64,000 nucleotides of DNA, taken from NCBI GenBank assembly GCA_002633005.1, contig NMRA01000327.1, positions 383,192 through 447,191 of the forward strand. Direction: 5' to 3'. Positions 11,301 through 24,002 of the stretch are shown piece after piece; the stretch's first letter is position 1; every line of letters begins with the position of its first letter. This stretch comes from Phoronis australis (taxonomy: Eukaryota; Animalia; Phoronida). Position numbers and translations under genes: made by a program. The notes below the pieces were generated by a model. That model saw only the letters and a list, made by a program, of their open reading frames with translations. It was not told where the DNA came from and did no database searches.

Positions 11301-14300
11301 TTTCAGAATGAGTAAACTTCATAAGTACATTGGAGTATTTTGACAAAACTGTACAAAACTAGTAATTAAAATCCAACTCCATAAAAATAAATACTAATTT
11401 CTGAAAGTGGGTATTGCATAGTAATTAATTTTGTACTTCAAACCAATCTGCCATAGATAAGGCAAAGTTCATATCAAGTACCTGGTAATAACACATACAG
11501 GTATTCCCCACAGGGAATAATGACTGGCGGAAAAATCTGATAGGCATGCTATGGTATTGAGCACAAGGACAGTGGATTATTTTCATTTTTGTTTTGTGAG
11601 TTTTGTAATGGTCATTGCTCAGATAAATAGATTATAGTAAACTCCTCGTGGGATTTGAAGAAACTATCAAGAGGGCATTAGTCCTGAAGGTTATGACCCT
11701 GACAAATACCACTTGAGGACAGCCTGCTCCCTCTCCGTGCTCCGCGTACTTATACAATATCACAGTTCCCTTTGTCTGAATCCAACCAACATTAATTTTT
11801 GAGATATGACGTTTCAAAATTAACCAAATTCCTAGATTTTTTCTAGCGTTACTCACAACATGAAGCTGACAATGGTCAGAAACTTTTGTCCCCAAAGATT
11901 TCATAATATTCTTTGTTATGCCAAGATGAATTCATTCCATGCTAGGAGCTAAATGGGTCACGGAAAGTGATGAAAACTCTCATAGATTGTGAATTGGAGA
12001 AGTCTTATTCACTCACTCAACAGAAGTGGTCATTACTAAGGTTCACGCATCTTTTGATGCCTACCTTCTATTTCATTTTGGGTCACACAACAACCCACCT
12101 GTAAAGCAACTAATTCCCTTGGTTTAGGTGCATCTCTGGGATAGAAATAGAATTACTTGGGTCTCTGAACATAATCCAGTGTCAGCACAATGCATCCACC
12201 CTAAGTGCACTTAAAGTTCATGACATACTTGATATCATTAATTAGCCTGTTGACCTGTGCCTGAGAGTTAATAAGCTGGTCTACTTCGTGTCTCTTGATG
12301 CTGTCCACAGATGGCGGCACCTGGCCCTGTAATGATCACACACGACAATCAGGACTTTCAAATGGTTTGAAACTCTCTCATGTGTTGGAATTCAATCTAA
12401 TCTCAATGGTACTTTGCAGTCTGAGTTTCCAAAACCAGCAGAATTATCAGACATTACTACAATTTTCTAAGTTATGAAAGAGCAGGGATATTCCTGGACT
12501 GTGCCTTTGCGCCATTAGTGCATAAAAAAATAAAAAGCAGCACGTACATTGCTGCATTGCACCCCATGGGTGCATCTTTTACAAGACAACACTCTTACAG
12601 AAATGCAATATTCTAGTCAACTTACAGCCAGTCGGGTAAAAATGACTCTGTTCTTGTATTGATAGCCCTCAGGAGTTTCTGTTTCATATGTTACCACTTT
12701 AATTACACTAAGTCTCCTGGCCATAACTTTTTGAAAAAAGGCACACTTTTAATCATCAGGTGCACCCAAAGGGCCCAGGTTCAAACCTGGTCAGGGATAT
12801 CTCTGAAAGAGTTGACCTTACATGTTAGATTAACTGGACAGTGTTTTCTGGTTCAACAAAACTCTTAATTGCACAGTGAAGGTCTCTGGACTGAAGACTC
12901 ACTGTAGCTTGTTGCTGGCCTGTTGCTGGACTCAACAAACCAATCTGTGATAGCATACGCTCCTGACGACCTACGACTTCATCTAGTTTCTGATGAAGCT
13001 CTCTGACTGTACCATGAATGCTCTGTTGACCATCAAAGATCTGTTTCAGCTCCCTCAGACCTTGCTCTTCAAACTATGTAACAAGATTAAAATTTACAAG
13101 TTGGACATTATTCAAGATACTTCACACACAATGTCAATAAGAGAGCAGTCATAAAATTTACATTAAATTTTACTTAAAACAGCAAATATCCATAGTTCCT
13201 CATACACAAAATATGAAATATGAATATTAACACTGGAGGAACACCAGGGGTCATATTTCAAATACCAGGGGTCATAGCTCAAATAGCCAAGCTTTACAAT
13301 AAAACTGCTCATATTCATGACAACAGTGTCAATGCTATACATAAAACACATGACAAACTACATGAACTGACAAAATTAGCATAAATGGGACTGTATAAGA
13401 ATTATGTATTAAATAGTATTGACTTCATAACCACATTATGTTCCTAGACGTCTGGTGGTAAAATTTTCACGTTACCCAGTCATTTTACACAAAAGGCCAT
13501 GGCAAGTTTTTGATACTAGGCACACACTCATCACAGTGCATTTCCGAAAGTATTCCAGAGAAAGGTAAAAATAGTCCACTTTACCATCGAAAGTCCCGGG
13601 GCTTACTATCAGAGATTCCTACAAGCACTGAAATTGGGCAATAGACCCCAAACTTGCAAAATAATTTAACCAGACCAGTGTTAAGTAGGCTTACCCATGA
13701 ATCAACATCTTCCTCATCAACCTGTTTCACTTTATCTGGATGTTCCTTCTTAAACCTGAAATAACCCAAACAACCAGATAAGTGATCGTATTACCAGTTT
13801 GGGTACTGCAAGTTCATAACAAGGGCAATGCAGAACCATGATGTGCACCCACAGTGTGCATCGCATGTAGTGCAGATACACGAGATGATCATTATTTTAA
13901 TATTAGCACAGCAAAGAAATGCTGGAAAGCTTAATAACAGCCTCTGGGAGGAGCAAAGCAAGTCAGAAGTACTCTCATCATTAGTAATACACCTGCCACC
14001 TGTCATCATTATTCTTCATAAAGTTTTGAAGATAGGTAAGCAAATGACAAAGGACACAAAAACAATAAAAAGACCACTGGGGTCTGGTTGAATTTATCTG
14101 ATACAAGGCTGGTGCTGCTGTCTATATGTTGGCAACTTATTTTCAAACACATCTATCAAGGAACTCCATAGCTATCAAGGCAAATACAAAGAAAACAAAA
14201 ATGTCACTAGATGGCTCCTCATTCGTTGGATGTCTTAAGATCCACCTCAGTTGTATTCTCCTCAACAGAAACACATGCAAAATTTTGTAAATATTTATCA

Positions 14301-17300
14301 AGGAACTTGTATTAAGCCACAAGCAAAAAACAAAAATACCACAAGAGGGTGACACAGCAGTCAGATCCAAACAAAAACTCTCATCAGCCATGTACTTCAC
14401 AGTAGGAATATATGTACCAATTTTCATAATAATCCTTAGTATGACTCGGCTGATTGCGAGGCAGACGTCGGTAACCAGACTAAAAATGATACCAACAGCC
14501 GCGACTGTACCGCAAATGGTACGCTAGTAGGGGTGTTTATTAGTATCAAAAAATAGGAAGTGCCCCATCTAAAATCAACATAAGTCACGGTCCTCTCATC
14601 AACGCACCTGCAAAGATTTTAAAATTACACCTGAGCAATTTGACAGATAAAGACTGAGGTAGATGTCAAAAACGGATCCATAAAATGCCCACTATGTGGC
14701 ACAAAAGTACATCGAAAACACCAGAAAATTTTTCAGCTCAAAAGGAACACATCCAACAAATTTCACAAAGACCCTAGAATGGGTTAAAGAGATGCACTTG
14801 GAAACGCAAAAACGTAATTGCCACTAGGGGGAGCCAAAGCAATTGAACCCATCTGAGAATCAATGTCAGTCATGGCCTTTTCATATGATTAACATCAGAT
14901 TCTGTCAATTTTCACAATGACCTTTGTAGCAGTCTGGAGGACAGAGAGGTGGGACATCAAAAACAGACTGAAAAATTTTAAAATGCCGACTATGAGGTGC
15001 AGAATACATCAAATTCGTCTGAAAATGGGAAGGCATTGTTGCCTCTTTACTAGAAACCAATTTGGTAAATTTCATGAATATCCATCACTTCGTTGAAAAA
15101 ACGACTGGACTTTTTGTTTGACAACTTAATACAGACTTACTCGTAGTATCGAAACAATCTCCTCTATTTTGACAGTATGAGCGAGTCTGTATTAATCTGT
15201 CAAACAAAAAGTACAGTTGTGTTTTCAATGAAGTTTATGTAAACAAAGGGCTGCTACCAAACTACACTGAATATCCAGCAGTAGTCAAATCGGTCAAAAA
15301 TGCATCAAAATCTATTGTCAGGAACACATCTGGATCCTGCAGTGGGTTTAGGAGCTACAGCTGTGGACGCTGCACGCTCAAACAGAGATGACAGCAGTAT
15401 GCACCCACATACTATTACATATATGGAAGTGCATAAAATTGCCACTAGAGGGAATACAAATTCATTCCAAAATAGGAATGGGGTAATGGTCTCTTCAATA
15501 GAAACCTATTTGCTTCAAGAAAATCCATCTCCATTCACTGCCATGTTCCTAGAAATATACCAGATTAAGAAAGTTTCTGCAAGAAGTTTAGGAGATGCAG
15601 CTGTGGATGGGAAAAAACTATTGCCAGTAAGAGTACCACAGATGTCAGAGCCGTCCAAAAATTAACATCAGCTCTGGTCTTCCAGTGGGAACACATAAGA
15701 AAATTCAATATGATCGTCACAGAGGATGCATAAAAATAAAATCAACCTTTTACTGTGTATTTATTTTTAATGAAACACACAACGCCATATTGAAAACATT
15801 GTTTTGGTTCATTTATTGTGTGGATCCCTTAGTTTTGGTTCTTTGTTACAATAGCTTGTGCTCCTAATTCATGCTTTGTGAAACTTAAAATTAACGAAGC
15901 ATGAATATAAATGGTACAATTGCAGGCATGACCACAACTCAAATATTGTATTGGGATACAACATAGTAGATACTCTATCAAATTCGATACTTTTTGCAAT
16001 CTGATAGCTATACACACAGTGAAATAATTTCATGGAAAACTACTCGAGATATTTAATCAACAATGGAAATAAATTGAAGCACTAAACTAAGAAAAATGAG
16101 AATGTAATTATAAAACAGGTAACATAGACCTCAGGGCATGAATGGTATTATTAAATGGTGGTTTTATTGATTGAAGCACTGGTGATCTACCCCGAGACAG
16201 GCGCATATTAGATAACTTAACAATGCTACATAAAGGGGAATTACATAGCATGCTGGTCAATACTTCTATTGCCTGACATTGCGTTAATATATCATGGACT
16301 CACTCTTCCTTAGCCTTGTCCAGCTTGCCTTGGTATTCTTCAAATTCCCCTTCATACTTTTTCCTCTGTTCTTCAGAAATAGCTTGTTCAACCTACACAA
16401 CACGCTCACACTTAATACACACAATGTTACATAAGTCAACATCGCAAGAATAAGAACAGTCACCATTTTGCAAATGACAAATAGTGCCAAATGGATTTCC
16501 TCAAGATCGGAAAAAGTCAATAATACAAAATGTTGAACTAACGATTTCCGTGTAACACATCCCCAAGCAAAAAATTGTCAAATTACTCGATAGTGGATAA
16601 AAAATATTTTAGCTTCAAATGAAGGTGATAAATGCTGAAGACTTTCTTTAAACATGGTTTCCATCAAGCTGTTACTCTCACATCAAACACCCAGACATAA
16701 CGAAATGTATTAACACTGCTTCCCAGTTATTCCTCCCACTAAAATCATACCTTTTGATCTTGTTCTTCTCTTAAAGACGTAGTTAAAAATGACAAGGCGT
16801 CATGATCATCTGCTAAGCCACCAGTGGCAGCACTGAGCCCAAAGTATCCTGATGCAGGGAGCTGAACATTCTCTGCTCGAAGACATAGTTCATAGTTGTC
16901 AACATTATTGGTTACCCCATTATTGATCCACACCTACAATGTAAAGAATATCTCCTTATGAGGACAGCTTTATCTTGTAAATATCACTTTCCTCAATAGT
17001 GATGGAAAGTATGACATCACCAAACTGGGGAAGTCTAGAAGATTCCGCCATTTTGGTTTGTAACCCTTGCCATTACTTTGGGTCAAAAGTTGTAAATAGA
17101 AAAGCACCAGCTGAGTTCAGTACTTAGTAAAGTAAACACGTGGTTAACGTGCTAATCAGTGAGGCTTGTTCAAAGATGATTTGGCATGAGCCTTACATTT
17201 CAACAGCTATTTTTGTTCAACTTTGTATGAACAAAGTGTAAGAGACTAAGTGATCAAACTATTGTTTATCACCAGTCCTTATTTGATACAAAAATCCTAA

Positions 17301-20300
17301 ACTCCAACACTATATATTTAGTACTCTAAGATTACTGTACAACTACAGATATTCAAAACTGCACAAGTTAACTGACGGCAGTCATAGTACAAAGACAATG
17401 CTGGTGGTCAAATACACTTTTAATTGAACCTACTGTCAATGAATGTATATGATGTCAATAATTAAACCGTGTGCATTTTCATTCAAATACACCCAGATTA
17501 CAACCCATCACCTGCACTATATGGCCTGGGGACTTTTAATTTTCCTTTCGTGTTATGAGAGCAACATTTTTCAGCAAGAACTGCACAGACAGTCAATGCA
17601 AACAACACCCTATTTGTGTACATATGCCTTTAGTCACAACAACTACAGTGAGTATCCACCTGGAGTATTTAAAAGTCAAAATCATATCACTGACTGGTAA
17701 TACAGAACAGAAGTAAAATAACTAACAATTAAATATTAAGAAAATATGGATGAAAATTAATATATCTACTTGTAATAAACATAAACAGTACGATGGTAAC
17801 ATGTTCATAATTTATGATCTATCATGATTGAGTAAAATGAACCATACTATCATTTTTGGAATGATTTGAAGAATTGTACACTTACCATCAATGTCAACTA
17901 CATAAATCTTCAACTACTTTTTCAGTCACTGCCATTAAAAAAATTATCAACTTAAAGTTATTATAAGTAAAGAAATACAGCGACTATTTAGATTTAAATA
18001 AATCATCAAACATCACCTCATCAATGTTAAACATTAGGTTGCAGGTTAAACAGCAATGTATAAATTAAGACAATAGTTGGATATAACGTGCCCACATTTT
18101 GAGAACCAGTTGATGCCTGTTACTCAGTGCAGAAAACTGGTTCTCAAAATGCTGGTTTGTTACATCATGCTATTAAAAATAATTATTACAAGCAAAAACC
18201 TTTTGGAGAGCATGTTCAATTTTACTCTTAAGTCCCAGCCAGATTAATAGTATTACTTTACTTACACTGAGTGCCTGTTTGTAATATTCCACCTTGACAC
18301 GAACAGGGTAGGGTTTGTTACGGAAGTCCCGTAGACATCCACCCAGTTGTTGACTGGCACCGTCACTTTGTAAAAGGCAGACACACAACAGAGCATTAGA
18401 GAAAGTTCACACTCACACACATGCACACACACACACAAATTGGAAGACCAAATGATAACCATACTAACACAAGGTGTGTTGTTGAGACCTAGTGGCATTC
18501 AAAATGAACAAAGCACAACTACAGAACACCTGTAACAGTGAAATGTGAAGACATTTCAGTATCAAACAAACTGATTTGTTTACAAAAGTTCAAGTATTTT
18601 TTTTTAATCTGGAGGCACTTTATTCACAGATAGGAGATGGAAACAGATCTGTTCTTGGCAATAACACATACAATTTATGAGTAAAAACTTAATGAAGGTA
18701 ATACAACAAACAAAATTGATAATGAGTATAAGCAAATCTTATTAAAAGGTACGCGAAATTTGAAATGATACTGCAAATACTACAGTTACCATGGTAATGA
18801 GAGAACATAGAGTGCAATCAAACTGCACTCTAACTATACATTGTTGGACCCATAAGCAAAGTAGAGCTCACCTGTAGTGATCATATGACATGGCACCATC
18901 GTTAACCATGGCCATTATGTAGGGGTTGTTGTGCTGCCCATCATTATCAAATGAGTCAAAGAATAAGCCAAGTCCCTTCCACTTGTCAGTTCCACCGAAC
19001 ACTGGCCCATCTATACCCTTCTCTTCCGTGAACCACACCGCCTTGTTAAAGCACAGAAATATGTATTACACCAGTGCCACTAGCCACTTATGGAAACTTG
19101 TCAGAAATGGAAGCTATTTCAACTTATTCTAAGCCACATACAGACAGCACAAGTTAGAATATTTTGATGACTCAACAATGAGCGACAACATCAAGTGGTA
19201 AAAATACTGAAGGTTAAACTTCAACTTTAATTTACAGAGTAATAAGAATTAATTTTGTAGCTGATAAACGTTTTCCGATATGCAAAAATTGGTTGAATAC
19301 ACGACACTTGTCATTACTAATAATCTTTAATCGGTTCCATTTGAATCCTCGGAACAAAGTTCAACACTCAAAAAAAAAAACGTTGGTAAAGCAACTGACC
19401 AAGCAAATGTTTGCAGATAAATTATCTCTCAACTCTGACTGAAGTCAATACTGATCAGATACTTAGTTTTTACTGGTGTGAAACTAAGTAAAGAATGGAA
19501 CTATCCAGAGGCATGGTTCTCAGTTCCTTAACAAACTGCACTCACCAGTCCATCAGCACCGATACGCCCTCTACCGGTGACCCTGAAAGTTACTTGGATT
19601 TCCCACTCCGAGAATGAAGTCTTCTGTTTGTTCCATACCCAGCCTGACAAAAACAACAAAACATGAACATTTCTAACAACCTACACAAGCCACATACTAG
19701 TGTCCAATCACAAAGAATGAATATGATCGACTTTCATATAAGAACACTGAAATCAAAGACAGCTACAAATCAGCATCAACCCTGAAAAGCATTATTTCAG
19801 TTAGACTGCTCTATTTCGTTACTATGACAATTAAAGGTTCCTCATTACACATGCACACAGTAAAGTTGATTCATTATTTCAGTATTATTCATTGTACCTA
19901 AACTAAAAGCAATCACTTGCAGTTAAAGTTTGCAGAGAATCATTGAAAATCAGTTTGTTAAATCACTTTTAACATCACTTAGTACATTAAATTGTTTTAT
20001 TTTAGTGAAAACTAACACCATTTGGTCGCATTTGAAAGTGAATTAACAAACTAACATAATGTTACACTACATAACTGGGAGATCTGAACATTTTATCTCT
20101 ATGTATATCTGATAACACAATTCAGATGATTAATTGGGGGACAGCTTACAAACAAACAACATGCTAGTTTATCCAAACATTTTGCAAATTTTATTCCAGA
20201 GAGGAATCGAAACATGAAAGACTAATTTTTATAACGATCAAATAGGTTGTTTTGATTTATATGTCTTAAGTTGATAGAGCTTCTCCGCGTCACTAAAATC

Positions 20301-23300
20301 ACATTTTGGGCAAATTGTAAGGGTGAAATAAAAAAACAATACAGTCTGCTTCAATCACCATTTGAAACGAAAACAACCGCTCGGAATTACATGTGCAGGG
20401 ACAGCGGGTAATTTTCAACACAATTGCTTTTTAAGGATACCTCAAACCTTAGTCATAAAAATTGGCCGTTTTCATAATTATTTCACATATGTCTAGCAAA
20501 ATAAATTACATTCATTCCCGGGGAACTTCAAATACCAAATATATACCGCGTAGTGAGAAAAAAGATTTAGCAGAACTACCTTGGAATTGCACCGCCCTGT
20601 GGAAATTTGTTTACTACTTATCTGATTTCAAAGTTTATGGGGCTGTCACTCATATGAAATCTACCACCAGGCATAGAGTAGCTCTGTATGTATCCTCAGT
20701 CATTTCATTCACAAGGTCACCATAATATTGAGACGAGGTGTAACATATGATAGAAAGATGCCAGAATGAATACAAAATGTAGTTTTGATCTTGAAGGAGT
20801 TGTGCCTCTGCATACATATGACCATTGAGCAGGAATGCTCCGAGTCACCACACGCCTCAGTGACTTTGTGTTAACGAACACAACAAGTTGTGAAAAGAGA
20901 TAAATCGTCACACAAATTCGTTAATTTGATAGGTAATTTGACACTTCGGGCTCACACTCACGACGTGTTTTAACCACTGACTCGATTTCTGTTGTCCATT
21001 TTGTACTTGGTTTCATATCAGTCTCTCACAGCGCATGGTGTGTATAACGATGAACTGTTGACCTACTTTTAAGACTACCTCGCCTTGGCAGGAGATGGTC
21101 TCAAATATAAAACGTTTTAGTGATAATTAAAGTTAACTGAGACCTGCAAATTCAGTTGACATTGCCAGTGAATGTTGAAGTAGCGAAGACGGTTGACTGA
21201 AAGCAAGTGTTCACCAAATAACTAACCTAAGAGATTGAGATTTTCACATCTCTCAGCTTTTTCTCAGGTTCGGCAAACCAACTTGTTAATTTGAACTTAG
21301 TTCAAGAACACTTTACAAACTTAATGTCACTGTCTACTTTCGCAGACAAAAATTTGATTTTTATAAAATTACTTTTGACCTATTAATATTAGACCCATAA
21401 AACTATTTATTTTTAAAATCATTGAGTAACGCAGAATCTTATTGCATGCATGAAAACAAAGCTCAGATGTTCGTGATTACGTGATTGCATTTTTTTCTTA
21501 AAAATCACATTTTTTTCACCTAGCTAGCTTTATTTTCCATGAACTTAAATTTTTCGCTTGAAACTTGCAAATTCTGTTTCTTTGTTCTATTAGGCACAAA
21601 ACGGTGTCTGGGATTTCCTTTTTAAAAGGCCTCTTAGCCTGAGAGATCTGCTGTTAAACATCAAGATGTCAACATTTGTGAAAAAACGGAAATCTTGATT
21701 TCTGACATCGAAATTCTCGGGCTCAAAAGCCTTAAAAGGAGATATGAGACACTGTTTGGTAGGTGAGCAAAAAATTAATTTGTGGAAAATATGAGGATAA
21801 TTGTGATTTTATACAAAAATGTAGTCATGTACTAATGACCCTCTGTACATTGTTTTCATACACAAAATAAAATTCTTTGATTCCCAAGGATTTTAAAAAT
21901 ATATAATATTAGGGTTTACTAGTAATAGTTGGAAAGTTAGTTAAAAAATCTTTGTAATGATGGTACACAATGACCTTAAAATTTTATTCATAAATCCCAT
22001 AAACGCTGCTAGGATTTTCAATAAAAAGGCCCAGTTTTTGCATAATGTAACAAAGACGAATATGACTGCTATTTTTACAAGAATACCTTACGTTATGCGC
22101 GTTGATTTGTCATAGAAACCAAACTAAAAGACTAATCAATAATTCCTTACAGCGTTTTTGAGATAACTGGTAAAGCCTTCATTCAAAAAAGGTTTTTATT
22201 AAAATCGACCGAGAGGTTATTTTTCTATGAATGTGCCATAATCTTAAGGCACCAATTATTATCATTTTGAATATAATTTTATAATTCATTTTAAGGTTTA
22301 ATATTTATGAAACAAGGGTTTGATGCACTCAATTGGCTCATCCAGAGGATACTTGTAACATATCATGAAGGTTATCCACAACATAAATGCCATTTACAAT
22401 TAACAAATAATTAACGAGGTCAAACTAATATTAATTAGACCTATCTAAGAGTCACAACAGCCTAGTACATACCACATACTAATTATGTTTCCTTCAGAAA
22501 CACTACAACACTAGCAGCAACTATCCGGTATACTCTTCTAAAGAAGATGAAGGTACCACAAACAAGATGAATGTACCACAACTGATCACAACTAAGTCTC
22601 AAAAATGAAACCAGGACACAGCGCATCAGCTTCGTCACTTAAACAGCAACCACCTGTATCCAAAACACTCCAAGTTTCGGACAGATCCAGCTGAACAAAC
22701 TTAGAACTGGACTTTTTCATGCAACTTTCGAAGTGCCACAACTTTCAAAACAAGACACTATAATGTACTAGAAGGACAGCTATTGTCTCTTAAATGCTTA
22801 TGAGACATATGAACTCATGCAGACTTTTGGCAATAAATATCCAATTTTTGATATTTGAAACAATAAGTAGATGCATGACAATGCTGGTTTTTCAATCTAT
22901 AGATCACACTCATAATCATTAGCAGAAAATATAACTCAGGCTAAAATAGTACATATGCTTATATTACAACCTGTCACTAAACGTTATTACCAGTATATTG
23001 AACATTTATAGATTGTTATCTCAGTCTACATATAAAGTTTTTGCCTTCTTCCGTAGACTACACAGCTTGAGTAAATATAGTTGTATAGTACAACTTCCAG
23101 CCTCGAATTCAAATAAACTATTATAAAATATTAAGGTCAAATGGTTCGAACATCAGAAACATCTAGGATTATTGAGAAATTAAAAAAAGAGGTTGAAAGA
23201 AGTATGGTAATAATTCAACGCATACATACCTCTCTTATTTTTCAGAGAAGGATTTATTCTGATGGACTCCGCACTGGCGATGGCATCTACAATTAAAAAA

Positions 23301-23894
23301 TTCTTAAAAATTTAAATGTAATTTTCAACATCTCCATACGGCAGACATTACCAATAACTGCAGATTAGGAACCCATAATAAAAAAACACATGTAAACTTA
23401 ATTTCCACCTGATTAAAAGTATGAGTTTTCCCTCTCAGCAGTCTCTTTCTTTCCAGCAGAGAAATACTGGGCTCAATAGGCTAATTAATACGATCCACGC
23501 AGGGGAAACAGCTGGCCAGTCGAGTTCACCACATGCGGATACAAACGTTGCTGAAGCCGGGATGAATCGTGTTTAAACGCTCTTTAGCATAAATTCGCAG
23601 GGTCTGAGCAAAAATGAAAATGTTTTGATCACGATAAATGTGTGAAGAAATTTGGTGGCATCATCGCAACGATAACAACAAATCGGTGTACGCCACATCA
23701 TCAACAAATATCAGACGATTCAAGTTGAACGAACCTCCACCATGCTCCCAGAATGGAATCAGTCCATCTCTTTGGATTAAATGTGGTCCCTTGAAGCTAT
23801 ATTTATATTCAAACTTCCTTTTTGGGCCAAGAGCCGAATTTAAACCAAGAATAGACACAAAAACAAGAGAGATCCACAGCCGTCTGGAAGACAT
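8354..23894 (-). CDS. LMAN1: ERGIC-53 / mannose-binding lectin 1 (~500 aa, 13 exons)
   Basis: Exons 23894-23735, 23286-23230, 19643-19546, 19041-18872, 18365-18266, 16933-16751, 16392-16304, 13755-13695, 13073-12903, 12326-12229, 11131-10969, 10425-10310, 8390-8354 join in frame (1503 nt). Signal peptide, FEYKYSFKGPHL, GRGRIGADGLAVWF, FFDSFDNDG, CLRDFRNKPYP, SAATGGLADDHD, coiled-coil stalk, TM segment and C-terminal KKFY. Confidence 0.97.
8600..9530 (+). repeat. Degenerate tandem array (~140-160 bp units) with a CTCF-like core
   Basis: Recurrent (G)CCACTAGGGGGC-like cores at 8810, 8960, 9105, 9244 and 9405, each with a CCAAATTTCATGA-like block; in the last LMAN1 intron. Confidence 0.7.
12483..12805. 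mobile_element. hAT-like MITE, copy 1
   Basis: Termini CAGGGATATTCC...GGGATATCTCTG; flanking duplication AAAGAG (TGAAAGAG if the terminal TG is shared); inverted homolog at 49482-49765. Confidence 0.7.
14150..15700 (+). repeat. Degenerate tandem array (same family as 8600-9530), interrupted by a palindromic element
   Basis: Cores GTCACTAGATGGCTC (14203), CCACAAGAGGGTGAC (14339), CCACTATGTGGCAC (14689), GCCACTAGGGGGAGC (14820) and GCCACTAGAGGG (15441), with AAATTTCA(T/C) blocks. Confidence 0.7.
15087..15234. repeat. Palindromic MITE-like hairpin
   Basis: ACTTCGTTGAAAAAACGACTGGACTTTTTGTTTGACAACTTAATACAGACTTACTCGTA pairs with TATGAGCGAGTCTGTATTAATCTGTCAAACAAAAAGTACAGTTGTGTTTTCAATGAAGT. Confidence 0.75.
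18079..18167. mobile_element. Short palindromic MITE (family also at 39393-39513 and partly at ~52160)
   Basis: ATTTTGAGAACCAGTT...AACTGGTTCTCAAAAT inverted core shared between copies. Confidence 0.6.
21360..21945. mobile_element. Old degenerate foldback/MITE in LMAN1 intron 2
   Basis: Imperfect palindrome centred near 21680, e.g. TATTTTTAAAATC/GATTTTAAAAATA, ATGAAAACAA/TTGTTTTCAT, TTTTCCA/TGGAAAA, GTGTCT/AGACAC. Confidence 0.45.
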
Positions 23895-24002
23895 GATGCG
23901 GAAGCGGAAATAAGGGACGATTTGTGTTTCTAAAGAAGGAGAGTAAAAACGCGCCAAATTTTGCAGTAACATCTCGGTCTGTGCTGAGTGAAAGCGTGAA
24001 AA
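23895..24002. promoter_or_regulatory. Bidirectional promoter region LMAN1 / POLE2
   Basis: 108 bp between divergent ATGs; E2F-type site GCGCCAAA (TTTGGCGC on the - strand, 23951-23958); tandem CGGAAG/CGGAAA ETS-type cores at ~23899-23910. Confidence 0.7.

Noticed and set aside
15300-15665. 121-aa ORF on + inside an LMAN1 intron
   Set aside because: It lies within the degenerate tandem array and is a chance open frame.
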